From assembly GCA_002104905.1 (NCBI GenBank), contig MCFE01000255.1, positions 48,689 through 112,688 on the forward strand: a stretch of 64,000 nucleotides of DNA, in the 5' to 3' direction. The position numbers and the translations under genes were made by a program. The notes below the pieces were generated by a model, which saw only the letters and a program-made list of their open reading frames with translations, was not told the DNA's origin and made no database searches. This DNA is from Basidiobolus meristosporus CBS 931.73 (lineage: Eukaryota > Fungi > Basidiobolomycota). Positions 1-10,600 of the stretch are shown here, piece by piece (the stretch's first letter is position 1; each line of letters opens with the position of its first letter).

Positions 1-485
1 TAGTTGGGGCTCCACCCTCAGTGGTTACCACAAACTTGTAGTATCTGATTAGGTTGACGTTGCCAGCTCTGTTCGGGATTTCTTGGAAATAATCCGAAGT
101 CACGATAATGGGCAAAAACCCTTCGTTGTTGTACCCCATCCATTGCTTAAGCGGCTTGCGTGTGTCAGACATCTCATAGAGGTATATATCTACTGTGGAT
201 TTCGCAACCAAGGTGCCGTAATACTTATTCCAACGCAGGATCTGGGAGCTTCCAACTGTCCAAGTGGCATTGAGCTCAGGTGAGCAGTAGAGCTGAGGAC
301 TGCACGGCGCATCTATTTCAATTGGGAAGAGTAAGAGGCTGGGAAGGGAGCAACAAGAGCACAAGACTGGATAGTTCTATACCATCGGCTACCGGGTCAG
401 CAGAACTACAGCAAATGAGGGAGAGAACCAGAAAGGCTGATATTATTAACCAAGAACGTCTTGTCGGCGCGACTGATAATTTCAT
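1..485 (-). CDS. Uncharacterised secreted/membrane protein, 5' part (runs off the window start); exons 485-383 and 312-<1
   Basis: Manual translation: MKLSVAPTRRSWLIISAFLVLSLICCSSADPVAD|DAPCSPQLYCSPELNATWTVGSSQILRWNKYYG... Hydrophobic signal peptide; a 70-nt GT..AG intron (382-313) joins in phase; frame stays open to position 1. Confidence 0.75.
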
Positions 486-2011
486 GACTGGAGAAAGGTC
501 AAGGTATCGATGGTAGCAAGTAGGGAAGGGACTAGCTAAAGGGTATAGGTAAAGAGGGTAGAGATGGTGCCAAGCACGGTTGTCTTGTCAGGTCTGCTTC
601 AAGAGGAATAAAAGTCAAAACAGCTGTCCACTTCGCAGAGAATAGGGAAAAGAGTATCTCATGAACACAAACAAAACCGCCGCCAAATTTTCTGACCCGG
701 GTTGATTGGCACAGAAGCTCTTGAAATATATATAACTTTTAAGAGTGCGCTTGCAAGCCATAGTCTTAATCTTAGATTAGGCATTGAGTATCGATCTGAG
801 TTGGTATTGGATCGTCTAAAATTAACTCGACTATAACGAGCAAATAGAGCATCACGTATGATGAGAACCTGATTGAATCAGGTATCATGTTGATAATTAG
901 TGGGCAATTTCAGAATGGCTCGCAATGGCAATGATATCCATCGCCGGTACATTGGAGGTCCAAGCCATGATTGGGCTGAGGCGGGCATTCACCACTGCAT
1001 CACTCTGGTGGTCACCCGCCCAATCAGCGCCGCCTGCTAATGAAATGGCGATGCACTCACATGCACGTCCCATTATGGCAGGAAAGTAGGCTGACATCCA
1101 TCAGATGAGGTCAAGGTCTTGGGCTATCCTTCTATAAGGATCCCAATGATGATCCTCTCCGCCTTCAACCGCGAAGGGATTCCTGATTACTGGTCCTCAC
1201 CATGCTCCGTGATCTGTGGAGCGAAGGCCGACGAGTTTTTTTCATGAGCCCGCTCCAATCCATGGATCGGATGAGGCCATTTGCCACCCTGATCTCGAGA
1301 GCGCCTCTGGGGCTACGCCCAGCTCGACGACGTAGGCTGCTTGTTCCGAGGACGTCGATCGTGTACCGAGGATTCAACCAATCCCTTGCATGCGACGGCG
1401 ATGTGTGGGGAGCGCTGGTCGACCCCCAAAACATTGGCAATCCAAGACACGGCCTGGTGAGGATGTTGCTGAATATACACCGCCATATCTAGGATCACTG
1501 CCGGGCTCACTGAGAAACCGGTTTAATTAACTTATGTAACCGTTGCCTTCTCTATCTCATCTGATGGCACTACGAACGTTGGCGCATATTTTCTGAGGTG
1601 GTACGGGCACTTGAATGCAGCCTGTGTAACAACCATGTTGAGCTGACCGATGCAGAGATGACTATCAAGCAGCTATGATGCTTCGTGAAGATCAGTGGTG
1701 TATCCACGGTGAGTCTTGACTGGTACAGCGCGGAAATCAGACATTGTCTTGGGGGCAGTGAGTGTAGATTGGGATTAGCACCGCGTCTCTATGCATGTCC
1801 ATCAAACAAGCCTGAAAGGGCACAACCTGCAGTTTCGGTGCGAGCTCTGATTTCATGATAACGAAGCAATGAGGTGGTAAATCCTGATACGATGTTCGTT
1901 TTAATGGGACGAGAATACAAATCGATTCAGGGTATCATGTCATATATATAATATGTCCTCACACGGACACGCAAACGGCCGTTGTGAATTTCGTCTAAAA
2001 AGGCACAGCAC

Positions 2012-3550
2012 TCAAGATTCCTGGAGTGGCAGGGTTTGTTCAGCCGAGGTGGCTAAGCCGCTAGCGTCCTCTTGGACTCGCTTACTAATCCACTGGTACC
2101 ATTCCTCTTCGGTCCTTCCTTGTAGAAAGCCTACGATCACCACCGTCATGTTGTCACAGCCAATGCCACCAAGCTCGCTATCGGGTGCCAGGCAATGATC
2201 CATCATGCTTTCGCATATCTGTGCTAAAGTTTGGTGCTCAGCAATCTTTGCTCGGACAAACGCGACCACTTCTTCTGAACTCATACAATCCCAAATACCT
2301 ACACAGACAGAACCTTGAGCGATGCGACCCTTCAACGAAGGAAATCGAATTACATACCGTCGCAAGCGAGGACAAGGAATTCGTCTTCAGTGGCCAAAGT
2401 GTGCTCTGCAACGTCAGGATTGGCTACAAAGCGAAGAATTGGCACCGATGTCTTTGATAGCAAGCATACAAACAGGTGCAGTATTACCAGTGACAATTTG
2501 ATCTTCAGGATTCAACTTGAGGTTCTGTTTAAATTCGAAATCCCCGATTGCTCGAGACAATGCCAAGTTGCCTGAAATCACAAGCAATTATTTGGTATAT
2601 ATCGATACAAGTCTTTGCTGATGTCCGGCTTACCATTCACTCGGCCAAACTCAACAAAGCCACCAGCAGCAACGATACGAGAAGATTCCCCTGATACAAG
2701 TATGAGCGATAGTTTCACGCAAATCTAAGCGAGCTTCCCCGCAGTCAAGAGGGTACCTTCGTTTACTGGCTTGTGATCTTCCGACATGGCCTTGGCTTTT
2801 CCACCGGCTGATAAAACAGCGCGAGAGTCACCGGCGTTTCCCTTTGGACCGGTCAGCTGTACATTCTGCAACTTTGAACAGAGTCACAATAGACTCACTT
2901 ACAACAAAGATCCTCTTGTCGGGGGTGATTAGTGCGGTGACTGCGGTGCAACCGGAGGAATCGTGAATAAAATCAGAATCTAAATTTGACAAAGCTTCAA
3001 CGTCTAAAGTTTGGTTCCCGGACAATAGGATTAATCCTAACCTCTTTTAAGATCCGAGTCTGCCCCTAGGAAACCATTCTTGATAGCAAGAGCATAGTCA
3101 CCCTGAAGAAAGGCCTCATCCTTGATGATTCGTTGATGCAACTGTTCCCCACTATATTTTGCGGCACCACGACCTGCAAGTTACATAGAATAAACGGTGT
3201 GAGTGTACAGAATGCAACTCTATCTGATATAAGCATACCTCCGTGGCCATCGTATACGCCGAAGAAACTTGTGTCGTTCAGATCTTTGAGCTTCAGTATG
3301 GTGGTGTGCGCATCTTCCATTGCTGTAGAGTTGTGGGGGTTGGGTTAAGGAAGAAGCTCGCTCTGTGATAGTAAGCTCTAACCAGAAGGCCGCAGCCGGC
3401 GCACCTCTACACAAATCGCAGAAGTTCCTGTCGAAGCAAAAGGATACTGACTCGCCAACCTTGCATGGCGGAGGCACCACAGATCAACCGCTCATCACCA
3501 TAGAAGGTCGAATGTTTCTCGACAACAGGCTCAGAGAGGGTTTGTCCCAT
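2012..3550 (-). CDS. PTC2: Protein phosphatase 2C (PPM family, fungal Ptc2/Ptc3-like), 9 exons
   Basis: Spliced translation gives [97 protein letters not shown]. All eight introns are GT-AG and in phase (e.g. exon1 3550-3448, exon2 3322-3239, exon3 from 3173). PTC2 vs PTC3 orthology cannot be resolved. Confidence 0.95.
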
Positions 3551-6500
3551 AATATGAAAATTGAAGGGTAATAGACAATAAAGAGCTGTGGCGATACTCT
3601 AAAGATTGTAGGAGGAAGAGGATACTCCAGCTGAGTTGGTCAAAATGGAAATCCAATAAAAAAATCAGGATTTAATAGGACTACTAGATGCACATTCAAT
3701 ACTGGTCCGTGTTCTCTTTTTACCCCCTAACTCTAGTATATGGTAATATTATCTACACCCCTAGTAGAATATTGTTTGATCCGGAAGGTTGCTTACTGCG
3801 AAATTCATTCCCAATAGCCTTGGCCTTGTAATTTCACAATCAAAGTTGGGCTTTATCTCGTACTATGAGGGCTTTACTCGGAGTTTGGTTTATCTAGTTC
3901 GCAATGATGCACTGCAGGTACATGTCGCATTGGTGGTAGACATGGCCGAAACCTCCGTTTGTGGTACGTGCAAACCACGTATTGCATCACTCCACCAGTA
4001 TACACCAGGACTCTAACTGTACTAGGCTAGCTTGGAACTACCGAGGCCCAGGATGGTCAGAGTTATGTCAATACATAATCAAGAATCATTCTAGCGGGTA
4101 TGCCCAGTATGGTTACAAGCTAATACCTATTGCTGTCAAATAAGGTATTTCATAAAGCTTCACAGTCAGAAAGGTCTATAATAAGGCCAGGTGGTACGAT
4201 TTTTGGAATGTTATCTGTATGTTCGCTATTGGATGACTCAGAATCCTTGATTTTCCGCTTCTCATAGGCACCTCCACTTGGCCAAGAATACAATCATCAC
4301 CTGCAAGTAATCAAGTCGCCTACGTTAGTGACAGTCAAAACAACGTACAGAACGTAGGAATCCCAACAACTCCAAGTTTGCGGTCGCAATACCTCAACAC
4401 GTTTAGAACGCACTCACCAACGGAAAGTTCTATACAGATTCGACGCCACACCAAATGTAATCATTGGCAGCGTTTGCAAGCAGTAGCTGAGGGAATAGCA
4501 TAAAAGAAGCCAGAATAATCCAGAATACCTCTTGCTGAGGTATTCGGCAAAGTTTTTCCAGGCAATTATTCCCGTGATGCTGTTTCAATTTCAGCCCACA
4601 AACTAGACCTTCAGCACCTGGTATTGATGATGAAGTTCTTGGTGATTAGGGTTTGTATAGCACAAACCTTCTTCGGATGCTGGATTGGCTGACTGGAAAG
4701 TCTAGTGTGAAATGAGTGTTGCAAGCAATCAGTAACACCTTGGAATTTATTTGTTCTAGGCACAGTTAGCTTATTGGATGAGAATCGAACCGCCAACACA
4801 TTATGATAATTCCTCTGATAGCCATGCTAAATTGAGGAACACTTAAATGGCTTCAATAGATTGTAGAACATTAGCAAATAGCCGCCATTGCACCAAACTC
4901 CTTGCATCTTGATTGCATAATTGGCTGGAAGCGATTTGGAATTTTTAGATGTGTCATTTCCTGAATTGCAATAATTCATAAAGCAATGTCTGGACTTGTT
5001 GGTTCTCTTTGCTGTTCTGCCTGTTGCCAGGGGATTTTGGTGCTGCACCTAATTATCATTTGCACATGGCGATTCAACATTTCATCAATTTGTAGGAAAT
5101 CGATCGCCTGATGCCCATGTTCGACATTGGAAAATTTATCAGAAATGTGCAAATCCTGCAAACATTGAAATTCTCCACAAACTACGCCTACATCTTGCCA
5201 TAACCACAACCTAACATTATGCATCGTTGTATTCAGCTATCTGAATTTCCACGAAACGTATGGAAATTCATTGGCACCCAGTAAACCTACAAGCAATTGC
5301 TCCGAATTACGCACAAGCTCCCGCTCATACTACCCTCAGATTACCATAGTCTATATTTACGTTTTCCCTTGAAGAACGCAAGCCTAGGTTGCAAACTTTC
5401 CACTTGATGGCCGTGTTATATTGGGTTTCCTAGGTGTCGCTGAGTCCCGCATTTGGGAGGGTCTATTTGCTCAAGGCTTGCTAAGCCATGCTCTTTCACC
5501 ACACTAGACAATGGTCAAACTTTGTAGTAGCCTAATCCTGGCCCTACTCATGGAATGCATAGGAAAGAAATCACTTTCTTATTTACTGCACCACCACTTC
5601 TAGGGCACCTTTTTCACTTCGTGTATACAGCAGAAAATAGTTCACCTGCTACTCTACAAGAGCAAGTGGATTGTCAAATACTCATATAGATGTAAGGAAA
5701 TAATCTAGTATAGTTCAGTATAGCTCCAGTAAAAAAGGAGGGTCATGTTTTGATTAAGGGGATATTGATTTGGTGAGAGCCTGAAGACTGCACTACAGCT
5801 AGGCATTATGGGCAACTATGTATGTAAATCATTGCTAGTGAAGCCAGTACAATTGGCTATATCCGAAACTGCTCGTGCGAACCTATCAGAGAGACTGCAG
5901 CAGTAATAGTTGGGAGTAGACTATCAGCGACTTTTCCATACAATCATGTTTCTGGTGCCTTCTTGAAAGTGTACGATCAACTAGATGAATAGGCTCATCG
6001 CCATATAAGTGATAATAACATCATTTGTGTAGCCACGTACCAACACAGCTCATAACATCATCCCAAACAACTATCTTGATTTTAATTCTGGCGATTTTTT
6101 CAACCAAACTGCAGGATGGCTCTCTTCATACGCATCAGAGAGTGGTGTAGATTTGAGGCACACCACTCCGTCATGGCATATATATTCTAACGTGGCTCAA
6201 AGTGGTCGCTCTCCGTGGTGACAGAGTTAAGGGCCGCGCTCCCAGCATTGCGTCTTGACCGGTCGATTGAAAACCATATCCTGCTACTAAGAGGGATTTC
6301 TATATCCGGTGGGGCCCATTGGGTTATCACAAGATTTGTAATCCACTACTGTTTGAGAAACCCAATATGGCACAGTCATTGCTGTAGGGCCGGAGATTTG
6401 ATGGTTGCCAGGTAATTGCGGCAGGTCGAGGAGCTGGATTGATGTAAGGCTAGGATCTCACGACGCAATGATGCAAGGCTCTGGCCATCAGCATGCTTTC

Positions 6501-6559
6501 TGTTGGGGTTGCCCACTTCTGTGGTGCATTTTCGCCCAGGAAAACGCGACGACAACCTC

Positions 6560-7086
6560 ATGATGGCAAAACAGGGGAGGGAGCCCGCTTCATCGTTGTC
6601 AATGGAAGAGTGCTTCATTCCCCACAAATGGCTGGATCCAAGACGCCCCAACCTGTATACATGCCGCTTACCAATAGTCAGCTACGGATAGCAGTCACTT
6701 GTGCTTATACTTGCACCCCAGCAGCAAGGACGCCTTGTGTTTCATCAACATCACGGTTGGACGGCATCTGTCTGAGGAGTAGAGGCACAGTCTGTTGCAT
6801 CCATTCGTACCTGACTCGTGCGTACAACTCCCTGACAGCGGGTGACAGATGTGGGCCGCTCAAGGAACCATTTCTTAAGCGTGGTGATCCAGTGCTCAAA
6901 TCCGTTATCAGCGCACTCAGATTCGGATTGCCGGTCATATATGGATATATGGTTTTGAAATTCAATCCAATTCGAGAAACCTATGAGCAGCCAGGGTTGT
7001 CGTACACGTATTATTTAAATCTGTCGGGCCCCGCCGATTTTTTTGATTGGCTACCTTCGGACAAACAAATCCTGGCCTCGTATGAC
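6560..7086 (+). CDS. Uncharacterised multi-exon gene (exons ~6560-6654, 6722-6778, 6849-7086; 3' end unresolved)
   Basis: Two phase-compatible GT-AG introns of 67 and 70 nt (second with CTGAC branch point) give MMAKQGREPASSLSMEECFIPHKWLDPRRPNLSKDALCFINITVGRHLSEECGPLKEPFLKRGDPVLKSVISALRFGLPVIYGYMVLKF...ASYD. A consensus GTAAGT donor follows at 7087. No family recognised; the start codon is uncertain. Confidence 0.5.
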
Positions 7087-7572
7087 GTAAGTGCCGGGCA
7101 GGCACCTATCCGCTTGATTTAGGAGCACCCCAGCGAATTGCAAGTATCAGACGGATGCTGAGTTCAGAAAGAAAAGGCTCAGCAGTGGGACTGCAGAACA
7201 CAGGAGTAACCCAAGGTGCCGTTATTGCAGTTGTCAAGCATCGATGTATAGCTGATCAGCTCGATAGGAGTCGGGTGGCATGAGGTTTCGATAGCCACAA
7301 ACCCATTCGCCAATCACGGGTCAGTTGACCACTAGCGAATGCTGAGACGAGATCATTGGTGCACGATAGTAGCCAAATAAGGGCATTCATTTTCCTCCTA
7401 TTCATGTTGAGCCTGGATTCACTGGCATAAATAGACGGGGCTGCCGGTATCCTTCCGCACATATTTTTGCCCATTACATCCACCACCGCTGATTGCTATT
7501 CACTGCGCAGACCCCTTACGCAGCGCCATCCAATAACTCCATCCTCGCACCGAACTTTGCCCTCTAAATAAG

Positions 7573-8820
7573 ATGTCCAGCTCCAACGCCGGTAAATGCC
7601 CTTACAGTGGACACTCCAAACCCGCCGCTGATTCCAGCGAGGCCTCCAAATGCCCCCTAGCCGGCAAATGCCCATACTACGACCAGGTGAAGAATGATCC
7701 TGCCCACCATTTGACCTCCGACCACGGAGAGTGCCCAGTCAAGGGGAAATGCCCATACTACGATGTCGTCAAGGAAGGTCACGACAAAGGCGAAGGGAAA
7801 TGCCCCTTCCTTGAGCACATGCAGGGCATGAGTTTGAATGAGGCCCACGAAGCCGGAAAGTGCCCTCTCGCCGGTAAATGCCCATATTATGACCAAGTCA
7901 AGAAGGATCCCGCTCATCACTTGACCGGCAGCCATGGCGAGTGTCCCGTAAAGGGCAAATGTCCATACTACGACCAAGTCAAGCAAAAGGAGGGCATGGA
8001 TACTGCCCATTCTTCCAAGTGCCCCCTTGCTGGTAAATGCCCATACTACAATCAGGTCAAAAATGATCCTGCACATCACTTGACCGCTGAGCATGGTCAA
8101 TGCCCAGTGAAAGGAAAATGCCCGTACTACGACGAGGTCAAGGAGGGTCATGAGGCAGGAGAAGGCAAATGCCCTTTCCTCGAACGCATGCAGGGTATGG
8201 GTGTCCATGAGGCCCATGAGTCCGGCAAATGCCCACTTGCTGGAAAGTGCCCATACTACGATCAGGTTAAGAAGGATCCCGCCCATCATTTAGCCGGGGA
8301 GCACGGCGAGTGCCCAGTCAAAGGAAAGTGCCCCTACTACGATCAGGTTAAGCAAAAGAGCGTTTCTGAGGCCGAGCACAAATCGAAGTGCCCTCTTGCT
8401 GGAAAATGCCCTTACTACGACCAAGTGAAGCAGGATCCTTCTCACCACTTGACTGGCGAACACGGAGAGTGTCCTGTCAAGGGCAAGTGTCCGTACTACG
8501 ATGTTGTTAAGGAGGGTCATCATACGGGGGAAGGAAAATGTCCTTTTGTTGAACACATGAAGGGTCATGGAAGTGGCGAAGCGCATGAGGCTGGAAAGTG
8601 CCCACTAGCTGGCAAGTGCCCCTACTACGACCAAGTCAAGAGTGACCCTTCACACCATCTCACCGGGGAGCATGGTGAATGCCCAGTCAAGGGTAAATGC
8701 CCATACTACGATGAAGTCAAGGAAAAGAGCACAGCTGAGGAAAGTTCATCAGCCCTACCCGAGGGCCATCCTCCAGTACCTGGTAGTACGACCGGAGGCA
8801 AGTGCCCATTTTCCAAGTGA
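7573..8820 (+). CDS. 415-aa Cys-Pro/His-rich tandem-repeat protein (putative heme- or metal-binding)
   Basis: Single open ORF; 29 Cys, each followed by Pro; six copies of a 42-aa module; repeat copies differ largely at synonymous positions; C-terminal LPEGHPPV...GGKCPF. Confidence 0.9.
   Translation: MSSSNAGKCPYSGHSKPAADSSEASKCPLAGKCPYYDQVKNDPAHHLTSDHGECPVKGKCPYYDVVKEGHDKGEGKCPFLEHMQGMSLNEAHEAGKCPLAGKCPYYDQVKKDPAHHLTGSHGECPVKGKCPYYDQVKQKEGMDTAHSSKCPLAGKCPYYNQVKNDPAHHLTAEHGQCPVKGKCPYYDEVKEGHEAGEGKCPFLERMQGMGVHEAHESGKCPLAGKCPYYDQVKKDPAHHLAGEHGECPVKGKCPYYDQVKQKSVSEAEHKSKCPLAGKCPYYDQVKQDPSHHLTGEHGECPVKGKCPYYDVVKEGHHTGEGKCPFVEHMKGHGSGEAHEAGKCPLAGKCPYYDQVKSDPSHHLTGEHGECPVKGKCPYYDEVKEKSTAEESSSALPEGHPPVPGSTTGGKCPFSK
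7648..8721 (+). repeat. Coding tandem repeat: 6 x 42-aa module KCPLAGKCPYYDQVKxDPxHHLTxxHGECPVKGKCPYYDxVK inside a 123-aa (369-nt) higher-order repeat
   Basis: Modules start at aa 26, 96, 149, 219, 272 and 342 (spacings 70/53/70/53/70); the long linkers carry an extra GKCPF motif. Confidence 0.95.
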
Positions 8821-10600
8821 GTCCAGGTGTCGGGGATTCTGAAATTTATATATAAATGTATACCTACGAGCCATATGATCCCCCTACCCGCTTTGGGGAT
8901 TGCTTGTGTGAAAAGAATGCCACCCACAGTAGTAGAATTTGTTAAATAAAGTAAATCCATCCACGACGTTTATTACATCACTACCACTGTCAGCATCATC
9001 ATTCATTCCTACACTCGCACCGTCATCACGCTTGAGCCTAGTCAATGCTGACTTGGGCACTTTTAATTGCTCTTTGAATGTCCTCAATGAATCATGCTAA
9101 TTGAGGTCAGTTTAACAGTCGGCCATACCCAATGCACTTGTGCTAGATATCAAGTCGACCAATCCCCATTCTCCCACTAAGCTTGGGGCCTCGTGGGATT
9201 TGCTAGAAACATCGAGTCACTTCCAGTAGTTTCGTAAATTCGAAAAGCCACTGCGTATTGGAAATTCCAAGATTGGATCTTCCCTGAACGGTTTTGCAGG
9301 ACGCACCACTTCTCAATGCCATCTCGTGGTCGAATTCCACTTCACTTTGAAGAATGCCGCTAGCTATCCTGTATATACCACCCAGGGATGGTATATTGTT
9401 GTAAATCTTTGAGACATTGGAAGCTACTGGGAGATCCTGTAGATCATGTGATTTTCACTTCACAACTGACTGAATGTAAAAGTGGCATCTCTACCTTTAC
9501 TAGGTTTTGGCAAAGCAAACACATAATATATGCTCAGGGAGGTCTCAAGAACACATGTGCAAAACCTGGGGGCCTTTGAATTATTATGGGAACTGTCATG
9601 CTCTATACTTGGTATTTCTGGTAGTAACTCTATAAGTAAATCCCATTATGGGTAGAGCATTGTAAAGCTTGTATACTTTGCTCCAGGTGGGAAAAGCAAT
9701 GGAATACTTAGGCTTAGTGTTGTGCATCAACATTTAAAACTTAGCCAATTTTACTCCATTAGAAAATCTAGTACCCTAACCAATTTTCCCTAACCCAAAC
9801 ATAACTAATCCTAGTTATGGTTTATTTTATCACTTCTCAGAGTCTATTTTTAGCTGTCACACCTGATCAATTTTCATGAGTTCATTACATCCTCAACTGA
9901 TCAGCTAAGCCTTTCCAAGTGATTAGCCATCTGAGATCCATCCAACCACTTAGCAGTTGCCAAGACATCAGCTGATTGATGATGCAATTTTCATTTATCT
10001 TATATGCCTATCAACATCCAAACTGATTTCAATTAGTCCAGTTTCTTGGCACTCTCTAATTCAACTTGATCAGAAAAGTATAAATAAAGCTTATTGAACC
10101 TTTTGGTTTAGTGTGCATCTCAACAAAATTAAGAATTCAGCAATTCCATTCTAGTTTCCACCCTAGTCTAGCATATCTAAGCACTCCTAAGTACACCAAG
10201 CCTATCATGCATAGCAAACCAATTCTGTTGCCTTTATAGCCAAATCCAGCTATATATAACACCAATACTGGGCCAGAATCTCTCTGCTAATATTTCCGCC
10301 ACTCTCTGACAATCCTGAGATTCTGCACTTTATTGTCCCTTTGATTCAGTTAAACCATTCAAGAGCTTTATTACACCATTCTCTTGGATACAACACTTAG
10401 TTAATAAGAGTATTTGGTCAAGTGGTAGTGCTGCAGACCTTATATTAACACCTATGCTGTACAAAGTATCTCTGGCAATCCACAAGAAGGCCACCACAAA
10501 ATCCAGGTTCTATGGCAATACAGAGCTGATGTATCTAAGAAGCCAATGCAATGCTGTTGAAGGAAAGCACACCTTAAATATTCAATAAATCAGTTCATGT

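Noticed and set aside
897-1510. Cluster of short overlapping ORFs between the first gene and PP2C
   Set aside because: No consistent spliced model or recognisable motif could be built on either strand; a small gene is not excluded.
3790-5300. Possible multi-exon gene(s); splice-like signals and a GDDCILGQVEVP (C2-like) peptide on the minus strand
   Set aside because: Candidate exons could not be joined in phase without stops, so no model is supportable by hand.
7657-8586. Long antisense ORFs (210 and 98 aa) over the CP-repeat gene
   Set aside because: Shadow frames produced by the repetitive sense-strand codons; the sense frame carries the synonymous-variation signature.
9500-9660. Faint inverted similarity to the Copia LTR
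   Set aside because: Too degenerate to bound; noted only as marking the start of the TE compartment.
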